Made by a program: the position numbers and the translations under genes. DNA of 64,000 nucleotides from Gemmatimonadales bacterium (GTDB lineage: Bacteria > Gemmatimonadota > Gemmatimonadetes > Gemmatimonadales > GWC2-71-9), in the NCBI GenBank assembly GCA_038321865.1, contig JBBQFH010000004.1, positions 69,522 through 133,521 of the forward strand, given 5' to 3'. Each line of letters starts with the position of its first letter. Position 1 is the stretch's first letter. The notes under the pieces are model-generated. The model was not told where the DNA came from. It was given only the letters and a program-made list of their open reading frames with translations, and did not search any database. Shown one piece after another: positions 33,101-39,643 of this stretch.

Positions 33101-33214
33101 AACTTCGAGATCGGCTATGCGATCAACGACGCGCGGCATCTGGACCGGAAGACGCAGAACATCTACCTGTTGGTGACGTTCTCGCTGTCGCTGTTCTCCA
33201 ACGACTATCGCTAG
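27158..33214 (+). CDS. sprA: SprA/Sov-like very large outer-membrane barrel (T9SS translocon homolog)
   Basis: 2018 aa with signal peptide; VNVDYNSERDF...QVYYQGLDDEIIRRIEVG, GVDYTIDYATGRVTFLN, AYLEEFE, EYLEFW, DTEDLDGD, ELWIDDIRL; amphipathic C-terminal strands. Confidence 0.75.
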   Translation: MPSSARRYVALLILLALPRLLTAQTSDSTAVGFRLHFPTPPIRLRIPLVLRGRWFGARFDSAVGSVLDTSRLSSESARRQALIYGRPLVGLAGERTDVRRGALGLPEKYADLSIDGNATLEIRTERFRNLRCTGAQLQDPTSGCRGGIKAPHLDNQINARAGGVIGERVHVNVDYNSERDFTANNAIQVYYQGLDDEIIRRIEVGTVTFRPPPSRFLTAAIPSNNFGINASFELGAMQFQALAATQKGSALATRTYTIGGSQSSQPQDRQVRDLDFESGRFFWVVDPRRLPAYPQLDILNIDAAQVPAAFRPAQVRIYLYRSGGATGLDPNLGGLGAFARNHDNPADTSQVVGVRAANEGARWQLLVQGTDYYIDQSGLWFALATKLDPRNYLAVSYVTAAGTTVGTFPSQDNPQAIDTLELITRPAQDPTIGTFYHEMRQVYRVAGTDLLPSSLGVKVTLNRSERPASGAPTFLSLLGLAIPTDPQLFDRENRLFPRPRDPTAAQTLRESYVVFPTLRPFADTPGLSPAERSDSLYQTPQYLLLNQGPPSRFQLQLHYDATGGGDRSTLVLNALQVKDSSEQLQVSGRNLIRGVDYTIDYATGRVTFLNPDALFGSGGAVITARFEQQDAFAVAPTTILGFTSRYSLGERGAINFIGMLQREASAFNRPHLGFEAKANLIAGVNTELHFRPTWLTRLLNGLTSTRSVAPSLFDLNAELAFSRPDPNRSGSAYLEEFESDVSSQVSMREQNWEFGSVPQRTDGVADIFGGNFDPSDAVQLTWQNLIVGSDGKAIEIRPQDIDTTFQFVGTGTQFETPLWMTLQSDTAGGLVDNQNRLHWRLPERPNRPRWRSMVTTLSTTGLDLSKSEYLEFWVYQSDVHSADSAGVKLIFDLGTVNEDALAIAPESLSVVSGDSVFTGRQYVGLGRLDTERSATGIFNAETDDVGILQDRPDSLVVGEVAIPFPALCVRQLSGVVPVFPWGDLGARCTNGNGFLDTEDLDGDLQLNATGPNDNVYRFVVPLVSDSFRVPNRGIKTIGPNGEAGWSLYRVPLALANALTLGTPNIRLVKELRITVVAPGNRPGPDLAARFAFARMRFVGAPWVRRTDTPILGLAGSVGEGHGDVVASIISTENKGDLGYTSPPNVVGATARRDVGQQSLGTQINEKSLRVLAHDLRIGERAEAYLRFPSGPQTLLNYNELRVWMRGRGAGWESGDLEAFIKIGSDVNNFYLYHAPARTTSWEPEMVVDLSVWRRLRAQIEVQWLQGAPPSGGAACGSVDPRAYVACEGPYVVHMADPGVNPPNLAAVQEAAGGIYRIANHGSVGEAELWIDDIRLASPVSQTGKAIAIDGRLTASDVGDMAVSYVRRDGQFRQIGETPSYLTDNTLAMQSTWRLDRFLPVKLGFAIPATVSYSRSSIDPQLLSGTDLRGADLIGLRRPQSWSATYTVQIRRNRRSNTWLAKGFLDPLTLAGSVTRGRNRTELSDATGSNSAYLANYNLQLQRTGPRIPTEGLVNGLPKWLRESEIGKALRNPRISLAPTSIRLSSGITNDRAGTTSYLVPVARADDALLAPTLSLSQLWRNAAGLTWQPLGMLTINGDLTSTRDLRHYADSTPLGRLAGFSRRSFLGVDAGVERDRTLGTSLNLTPRVSTWIQPRYLMGGNFVLSRSLTSRPLVRLGDDSAGAFILPQTLNNSQSRELGASVDLTRLARVLFGDSSGTVRKLGRVRPLDLSSRSVRSSTFDLASFEPGLGYQLGLGGLDRFLSQEGTTAIGASDQHSRSLGTGADFPFGVNFSLQYTLSDVSYFQAVSGQLIETQTHQREWPVGNIRWSQTFRHGPIALIGVGTSYRKREGTSTQPGAEGSDPVTSALNSSSFAPDLQVNLRNGVSISARLSNAHQQQTDNGTDRNTDQNNFSGQVNYSFRMPAAFSRARKQVQSQLLVSTTTSLSCLQRFADSTCQALSDVRTQEVRASLRTDVLRTLTGNFEIGYAINDARHLDRKTQNIYLLVTFSLSLFSNDYR

Positions 33215-33242
33215 CATGCGCCCATCGCGCCAAGGAATGCCC

Positions 33243-34172
33243 ATGTCGTGGACTCTGACGCTCGCCGCCCTCGCCGGCGCCGCCCTCGCCGCCTGCCGCG
33301 ATGCGCCGGCGCCTCCGCCGCGCGAATTCGACAGCGGGCGCGCCCTCCAGTACGCCGCGACCCAGGTCGGCTTCGGACCGCGGGTGCCGGGAAAGGAGGG
33401 ACACCGCCGGGAGGTGGCCTGGCTCGACAGCCTGCTGCGCGCGCGGGCCGACACGCTGATCGTGCAGCAGTGGACCCACGTGACGGCCAGGGGCGATTCG
33501 TTGCCGCTCACCAATTTCATTGCCCGGTTCCGGCCGTCGGCCGGCGAGCGGATTCTGTTCCTGGCCCACTGGGATACGCGCCCCTACTCGGACGGACCGG
33601 GCTCAGCCGACCGCGCCGCGCCGGTGCCCGGCGCCAACGACGGTGCCTCCGGTGTCGCCGTGCTCCTCGGCATCGCCGATGCGCTCAAGCGGCTGCCCCC
33701 GGCCGTCGGCGTGGACCTGCTCTTCGTGGACGGGGAGGACTACGCCGACTTCGGTAACGAGCCGAACGATGTGCTGATCGGGAGCCGCTACTACGCGAGG
33801 CACCCGGCACCCGGCGCCAAGCCGGGCTACGCCGTGCTGTTCGATATGATCGGTGACAAGGACCTGCGGATCGCCCCCGAAGGCAATTCGGTCGTGGCGG
33901 CTCCGGAGGTCATGACCATGATCTGGAAGACCGCGAAGTCACTCGGCTACGACAGCGTGTTCGTCGATGGGCAGGGCACGCCGCTCACCGACGACCATGT
34001 CGAGCTGCAGAAGGCGGGAATCCGCGCGGTCGACGTTGTCGACTTCAACTACGGACCAGGCAACAGTTACTGGCACACGCCGAACGACACGATGGACAAG
34101 ATCAGCGCCGCCAGCCTCGGCGTGATCGGCGACGTTGCACTGGCACTGATCCGGATCAACCCCTCGCGCTGA
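33243..34172 (+). CDS. M28-family lipoprotein, glutaminyl-peptide cyclotransferase-like
   Basis: AAGGA RBS; lipobox LAA-C; FGPRVPG, AHWDTRPYSD, GANDGASG, DGEDY, DMIGD, TDDH, YWHTPNDT. Confidence 0.75.
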   Translation: MSWTLTLAALAGAALAACRDAPAPPPREFDSGRALQYAATQVGFGPRVPGKEGHRREVAWLDSLLRARADTLIVQQWTHVTARGDSLPLTNFIARFRPSAGERILFLAHWDTRPYSDGPGSADRAAPVPGANDGASGVAVLLGIADALKRLPPAVGVDLLFVDGEDYADFGNEPNDVLIGSRYYARHPAPGAKPGYAVLFDMIGDKDLRIAPEGNSVVAAPEVMTMIWKTAKSLGYDSVFVDGQGTPLTDDHVELQKAGIRAVDVVDFNYGPGNSYWHTPNDTMDKISAASLGVIGDVALALIRINPSR

Positions 34173-34267
34173 ACCGGGCCGGAGGCGGGCCGGGCGTAGT
34201 GAAGTTCGCTGCGCCCGGCCGCATCGTTTGGGTTCGGCCCGGTCTGCCCCCGGCGATACCGTTCGAC

Positions 34268-34906
34268 ATGTCGGCCGAACACCGCGCCATCCTGCTGCTG
34301 CTCGCCCTCGCCGCGGGAGGGCAGGGTGTGCGCTTCCTGCTCAGCCGGCCCGGCGAGGCGCCGGGATCGGTGCGGATCCTGCCCGATTCCCGCACCGGTT
34401 CTCCCTTGGCGCACCGCGACAGTGCCGTGCACCTTGCCCGGCCTCTCGCACCTGGCGAGCGTCTGGATCTCGACCGGGCCTCCGCCGCGGAGCTCGCCCG
34501 CCTGCCGGGGGTGGGCCCGGCACTGGGGCGCGCCCTGGTGGCGTACCGGGAATTGCACGGACCTTTCGGGCAACTTTCGGCCGTCGACTCGGTGCCGGGT
34601 GTGGGCGCCGTCATGCTGCAGAAGCTCGGCGAGCACGCCCGGTTCTCCGGCTCGCCGCGGACTGCCCCGGGGCACCCCCTGGGGGCGCCTCAGGCGACGC
34701 TGACCCCATCGCAGCGTCTCGATCTCAACCGCGCGACCGCCGCCGAGTTCGACCGGTTGCCCGGCATCGGCCCCTCCAAGGCCCAAGCGATTGTGGCGTA
34801 CCGTGATGCGCATGGGCCCTTCGGGTCCGTGGCCGATCTCGGCCGGGTGCCGGGGATCGGACGATCGATCGTGGCGCGACTGCAGGATCTGGCGGTGGTG
34901 CGCTAA
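34268..34906 (+). CDS. comEA: ComEA-family DNA-binding protein with two HhH domains
   Basis: N-terminal hydrophobic anchor; two copies of LDL.RA.AAE...LPG.GP....A.VAYR..HGPF......VPG.G. Confidence 0.8.
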   Translation: MSAEHRAILLLLALAAGGQGVRFLLSRPGEAPGSVRILPDSRTGSPLAHRDSAVHLARPLAPGERLDLDRASAAELARLPGVGPALGRALVAYRELHGPFGQLSAVDSVPGVGAVMLQKLGEHARFSGSPRTAPGHPLGAPQATLTPSQRLDLNRATAAEFDRLPGIGPSKAQAIVAYRDAHGPFGSVADLGRVPGIGRSIVARLQDLAVVR

Positions 34907-34918
34907 AGGTTGCGCCCG

Positions 34919-34935
34919 CTGGCCCGATTCTGGCT
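34919..34935 (+). promoter_or_regulatory. Candidate sigma54 (-24/-12) promoter for pilB-pilT-pilC
   Basis: CTGGCCCGATTCTGGCT has GG-N10-GC spacing and two mismatches to TGGCACG-N4-TTGC; lies about 50 nt upstream of pilB. Confidence 0.4.
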
Positions 34936-34983
34936 TCCCGGAACCGCACTGATCCACCTCCTCACGCCCAAACTGACGAGCAC

Positions 34984-36708
34984 ATGGCGACTGTTGCAGC
35001 TCCGGCCACCGGCGACCGGCTTGGCCAGATCCTCGTTCAGGAGAGCCTCATCACGCGCGAGCAGCTCGCGCAGGCTGTCGCTGAACAGAAGGCCAGCAAG
35101 CAACGGCTGGGCTACGTCCTCGTGCGTCTCGGCCTGGTCCAGGAGCTCGACGTCACCAAGGTGCTGGCCCGGCAGTATCGCATGCCGGCGGTGGATCTGT
35201 CCCGGTTCGAGGTCGACCCGAAGATCATCAAGCTGATCCCGGCGGAGATGGCGACGAAGCACGTGGTCCTGCCGCTCAAGCGCGAGGGGCGCACGCTCAC
35301 CGTCGCCCTGGCCGATCCAACCGATCTGGGCCTGCTCGACGATCTCAAGTTCATCACGCGCTACGATCTGTTTCCGGTCATCGCGGGCGAGTTCACCCTG
35401 CGGGCGCTGATCGAAAAGCACTATGCCGGAGGCGCCGCGGAGCAGGAACAGCTCTCGAACATCCTCCGCGACATGGAGGAGATGGACGAGGGCGATGTCG
35501 AGGTCGTGGAGGAAACAGACGACGAAGCCAACCAGGCGCAGATCGACGACGCGCCGGTCGTCAAGCTGATCAACGGCGTGCTCACCGACGCCGTCCGTCG
35601 CGGGGCCAGCGACATCCACATCGAGCCGTTCGAGCAGGAGATGCGGATTCGGTACCGGATCGACGGCGCGCTGGTCGAGATCATGAAGCCCCCGATGAAG
35701 ATGAAGGCCGCGCTCACCTCGCGCATCAAGATTCTCTCGCAGCTGAACATCGCCGAGCGTCGCGTGCCACAGGACGGCCGCCTCAAGCTCAAGATGGGCG
35801 ACCGGGTGATCGACTTCCGCGTCTCGACGCTGCCGGTGCTGTTCGGCGAAAAGATCGTGCTCCGAATTCTCGACAAGGGCAACCTGACCCTGGACCTGCA
35901 GAAGTTCGGCTTCGAGCCCAAGGCCGAGGCGGACCTCATGAAGGCGATCCTGAACCCGTATGGCATGGTGCTGGTCACCGGGCCGACCGGTTCGGGCAAG
36001 ACGACGACCCTCTACTCCGCGCTGAGCCGGATCAACACGACCGAAGTCAACATCATGACGGCGGAAGACCCGGTCGAGTACAACCTGATGGGGATCAACC
36101 AGGTGCTCGTGCGGAACGAGATCGGGATGACCTTCGCCGCGGCGCTGAAGGCCTTCCTGCGCCAGGACCCGAACATCATCATGGTCGGCGAAATCCGGGA
36201 TCTGGAAACCGGCGGCATCGCGATCAAGGCGGCGCTCACCGGCCACCTGGTGCTCTCGACCCTGCACACGAATGACGCGCCCAGCACCATCACCCGCATG
36301 ATCGACATGGGGATCGAGGCCTTCAACGTGGCCAGCGCCGTGAACCTGGTGGTGGCCCAGCGGCTGGTCCGGCGCATCTGCAAGAATTGTAAGGCCCCGG
36401 CCAGGTACACCGACGAGGAATTGGCCTCGCTGGGCACGGATCTTGACTCCGTACGTCACATTCCGTTCATGAAGGGCACCGGCTGCGACACCTGCGGCGG
36501 CCTCGGATACAAGGGCCGGGCGGGATTGTACGAAGTCATGGCCATGTCGCCCGAGCTCCGGCGGATGATTCTGCGCGGGGCCTCAGTCGCCGAATTGCGT
36601 GATCAGGCGGTCGCGGAGGGGATGCTGACCCTCCGCATGGACGGCATCGTCAAGGTCAGCAAGGGCGTCACCACCCTCGAGGAAGTCGTGAAGGAGACTG
36701 CCGAATGA
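34984..36708 (+). CDS. pilB: Type IV pilus extension ATPase PilB with MshEN domain
   Basis: GASDIHIEP, ERRVPQDG, GPTGSGKTT, EDPVEY, LRQDP, TGHLVLSTLHTN, Cys4 zinc site CKNC/CDTC. Confidence 0.95.
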   Translation: MATVAAPATGDRLGQILVQESLITREQLAQAVAEQKASKQRLGYVLVRLGLVQELDVTKVLARQYRMPAVDLSRFEVDPKIIKLIPAEMATKHVVLPLKREGRTLTVALADPTDLGLLDDLKFITRYDLFPVIAGEFTLRALIEKHYAGGAAEQEQLSNILRDMEEMDEGDVEVVEETDDEANQAQIDDAPVVKLINGVLTDAVRRGASDIHIEPFEQEMRIRYRIDGALVEIMKPPMKMKAALTSRIKILSQLNIAERRVPQDGRLKLKMGDRVIDFRVSTLPVLFGEKIVLRILDKGNLTLDLQKFGFEPKAEADLMKAILNPYGMVLVTGPTGSGKTTTLYSALSRINTTEVNIMTAEDPVEYNLMGINQVLVRNEIGMTFAAALKAFLRQDPNIIMVGEIRDLETGGIAIKAALTGHLVLSTLHTNDAPSTITRMIDMGIEAFNVASAVNLVVAQRLVRRICKNCKAPARYTDEELASLGTDLDSVRHIPFMKGTGCDTCGGLGYKGRAGLYEVMAMSPELRRMILRGASVAELRDQAVAEGMLTLRMDGIVKVSKGVTTLEEVVKETAE

Positions 36709-37838
36709 GCTTCAACCTGCGCGCCCTGCTCGAGGAAATGATCGAGAAGGACGCCTCCGACCTCCATATCACCGCCGGCGAGCGCCCCAAGCTCCGCGTC
36801 GATGGCGATATCGTGAACAGCTCGGTCGAGGAGCTGCTGACGCCCAAGGACACGCTTCAGCTGGCCTACTCGGTCCTCACCGAGAACCAGAAAAAGCGGT
36901 TCGAGACCGAGGATGAGCTCGATTTCAGCTTCGGCATCCAGAATCTGGCCCGATTCCGCGGCAACTGCTTCAAGCAGCGCGGCTGCGTCGCCATGGTAAT
37001 CCGCATGATTCCCTTCAATGTGCGGACCTTCCAGGACCTGGGCCTGCCCCCGGTCGTCGCCAAGCTGGCCGAGCGGCCGCGGGGGCTCATTCTGGTGACC
37101 GGCCCGACGGGATCCGGCAAGTCGACGACGCTGGCCGCGATCATCGACAAGATCAACAAGGAGCGGAAGGGTCACATCATCACGGTGGAGGACCCGATCG
37201 AGTTCATCCACCGCCACCACTCCTGCATCGTCAACCAGCGCGAAGTGGGCACCGATACCAAGAGCTTCAGCAGCGCCCTCAAGTACGCGCTGCGCGAGGA
37301 CCCGGACGTGATCCTGGTCGGCGAGATGCGGGACCTGGACACGATTTCGTCGGCGCTCACGATCGCCGAGACCGGCCACCTCGCCCTGGCGACGCTGCAT
37401 ACGAATTCGGCGGCGGAGTCGATCAACCGCATCATCGACGTGTTCCCGTCGAATCAGCAGGCGCAGGTACGGGCGCAGCTCGCGTTCGTGCTCGAAGGGG
37501 TGCTGACCCAGACGCTGCTGCAGAAGGCCCGCGGCCGGGGGCGCTGCATGGCGTCGGAAATCATGGTCGCGACTCCCGCGATCCGGGCGCTCATCCGTGA
37601 CGACAAGATTCACCAGATCTATTCCTCGATGCAGTCGGGCAAGAAGTTCGGCATGCAGACGATGAACGACTCGCTCTACCAGCTGTACATCAGCCGGGAA
37701 GTGACCCAGGACGAGTGTCTCCGGGTTTCCTCCGATCCCAACGAGTTTCTGCGGATGATCGGCGAGAAGCCGCAGGACGACATCGGCATGGTCGCGGCGG
37801 ACGTAAACGGCAAGCAGGCGATGGCGGGCAAGCGCTAG
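36705..37838 (+). CDS. pilT: Type IV pilus retraction ATPase PilT
   Basis: ASDLHI, GPTGSGKSTT, EDPIEF, ALREDPD, AETGHL, AIRALIRD (AIRNLIRE-like), GMQTM. Confidence 0.95.
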   Translation: MSFNLRALLEEMIEKDASDLHITAGERPKLRVDGDIVNSSVEELLTPKDTLQLAYSVLTENQKKRFETEDELDFSFGIQNLARFRGNCFKQRGCVAMVIRMIPFNVRTFQDLGLPPVVAKLAERPRGLILVTGPTGSGKSTTLAAIIDKINKERKGHIITVEDPIEFIHRHHSCIVNQREVGTDTKSFSSALKYALREDPDVILVGEMRDLDTISSALTIAETGHLALATLHTNSAAESINRIIDVFPSNQQAQVRAQLAFVLEGVLTQTLLQKARGRGRCMASEIMVATPAIRALIRDDKIHQIYSSMQSGKKFGMQTMNDSLYQLYISREVTQDECLRVSSDPNEFLRMIGEKPQDDIGMVAADVNGKQAMAGKR

Positions 37839-37890
37839 GACTGAAGGCCGTGTAGGGCGGGCGAGGGCGCACATTCAAGGAGTTACAGCC

Positions 37891-39099
37891 ATGCCGATGT
37901 TCGAGTACACCGCACGCAACGCGACGAGCGGCCAGATCCAGAAGGGTCAGGTCGACCTCGCCGAGCGCGATGACGTGACCGCGTACCTGCGCAAGAACCG
38001 CATGATCCTGGTGAGCGTGCGGGAAGCGCCCAAGGCGATCAAGCTCAGCTTCGGGGGCGGCAAGCGCATCAAGACCCGCGACATCGTGATCTTCACCCGG
38101 CAGTTCGCGACCATGATCAACGCCGGCCTTCCGCTGGTGCAGTCTCTGACGATCCTGGCGCAGCAGACCGAGAACAAGGCGCTGCAGGACGTGACCCGTG
38201 CCGTCGTCTATGACGTCGAGAGCGGCAACACGCTCGCCGACGCCTTTCAGAAGCACCCGAAGGCGTTTCCCCAGCTGTACGTGAACATGGTCGCGGCGGG
38301 TGAGGCCGGCGGCATTCTCGACACCATCCTGCTCCGACTGGCCACGTTCCTCGAAAAGACCGACGCCCTGGTCCGCAAGGTCAAGAGCGCCATGGTCTAT
38401 CCGGCCGTCATCATCAGCGTCGCCGCGATCGCGGTGACGGTGCTGCTGATCTTCGTGATCCCGACCTTCCAGGCGATGTTCGCCTCGGTCAACATGGAGC
38501 TGCCGCTGCCGACCCGCGTCGTCATCGGCGCCTCGAAGCTGCTGACCGGCTACTGGTGGGCGTTCATCGTCGCGGCCGTCGGCCTCGTCTTCCTGTTCAA
38601 GCGCTACCGTGCCACGGCCGTCGGCCGGAAGAACATCGACACCATGATGCTGAAGGCGCCGGTGCTGGGCGACCTGCTCCGGAAGTCGGCCGTCTCCCGT
38701 TTCACCCGGACGCTGGGCACGCTGATCAGCTCCGGCGTGTCGATTCTCGACGGCCTCGAGATCACCGCCAAGACGTCAGGCAATCGCGTCATTCACGATG
38801 CGGTGATGGAATCCCGCCAGTCCATCGCCGGCGGCGAGACGATCGCGGCGCCGCTCGAGCGGTCCAAGGTGTTTCCGCCGATGGTCATTTCGATGATCGC
38901 GGTCGGCGAATCCACCGGCGGCCTGGACGAAATGCTGACCAAGATCGCGGACTTCTACGACGAGGAAGTGGACGTCGCCGTGGGCGCGCTGCTCTCCCTC
39001 ATGGAGCCGGTGATGATCGTGGTCCTCGGCGTGATCGTCGGCGGCATGGTGGTGGCGATGTACCTGCCGATCTTCGACATGATGAACGCCGTGCAGTAG
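37891..39099 (+). CDS. pilC: Type IV pilus platform protein PilC (T2SSF family)
   Basis: FTRQFATMINAGLP, AGEAGGILD, AMVYP, GESTGGLDEML, LMEP, MYLPIF. Confidence 0.95.
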   Translation: MPMFEYTARNATSGQIQKGQVDLAERDDVTAYLRKNRMILVSVREAPKAIKLSFGGGKRIKTRDIVIFTRQFATMINAGLPLVQSLTILAQQTENKALQDVTRAVVYDVESGNTLADAFQKHPKAFPQLYVNMVAAGEAGGILDTILLRLATFLEKTDALVRKVKSAMVYPAVIISVAAIAVTVLLIFVIPTFQAMFASVNMELPLPTRVVIGASKLLTGYWWAFIVAAVGLVFLFKRYRATAVGRKNIDTMMLKAPVLGDLLRKSAVSRFTRTLGTLISSGVSILDGLEITAKTSGNRVIHDAVMESRQSIAGGETIAAPLERSKVFPPMVISMIAVGESTGGLDEMLTKIADFYDEEVDVAVGALLSLMEPVMIVVLGVIVGGMVVAMYLPIFDMMNAVQ

Positions 39100-39123
39100 G
39101 CTCGGCCGGACACACCGGTAGGG

Positions 39124-39161
39124 GAAGCGGGGTCCGGCTGTGCCGGGCCCCGCTTCATTTT
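39124..39161. terminator. Terminator hairpin between pilC and the cytochrome c gene
   Basis: GAAGCGGGGTCCGGC-tgt-GCCGGGCCCCGCTTC-ATTTT. Confidence 0.8.
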
Positions 39162-39643
39162 GCGCCCGCCGCCCGCCAGGTCGTCAGGTTCTGGGTCGCG
39201 ATGGACGTGGTGTCCTGCAGCGAGAGCAGGTACGCGACCAGGTATCGCGTTCCCTGGCCGGCGATGGCCCGGTAGGAGGGCATGCCGAGGGGGCGCCCTT
39301 CGAGGATCGATTGGGAGATTTCGGCCGGTGACCCGCCGTAGCGCCAGCGGCCGTCTGCCAGCGAAGGCCCTACCGCTCCCGCCGCGCCGTCGGAGTGGCA
39401 CCCGTCGCAGTTGTAGCTGTTGAACAGCGCCAGCCCCATCCGGATCGCCTGGGTATCGGGAGGCGCGGGGGGCGAGCTGTCCGGACTGAGGCGCGCCCCG
39501 GCCTGAATGTGACGCGGATGGATCACGATGCCGGCAGGCGTTGCCGAAGTGGCCGGGGTGCGGGCAGCCGGCCGCTGCTGAGACTCAGGGCGGCAGCCGA
39601 CGAGCGCGACGAAGGCCAGCAGGAAAGCGGGGCGTGTGATCAC
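39155..39643 (-). CDS. Monoheme cytochrome c lipoprotein (XoxG/cytochrome cL-like partner)
   Basis: GTG start overlapping the dehydrogenase stop; lipobox LVG-C; NCDGCH; GPSLADGRWRYGG; GMPSY axial Met. Confidence 0.8.
   Translation of the reverse strand: MITRPAFLLAFVALVGCRPESQQRPAARTPATSATPAGIVIHPRHIQAGARLSPDSSPPAPPDTQAIRMGLALFNSYNCDGCHSDGAAGAVGPSLADGRWRYGGSPAEISQSILEGRPLGMPSYRAIAGQGTRYLVAYLLSLQDTTSIATQNLTTWRAAGAK

Noticed and set aside
37873..37889. Near-identical 16-mer TTCA(A/G)GGAGTTACAGC at 37874 and 3846 (IHF-like)
   Set aside because: Only two copies, one coinciding with the pilC Shine-Dalgarno; insufficient to call a repeat or binding site.
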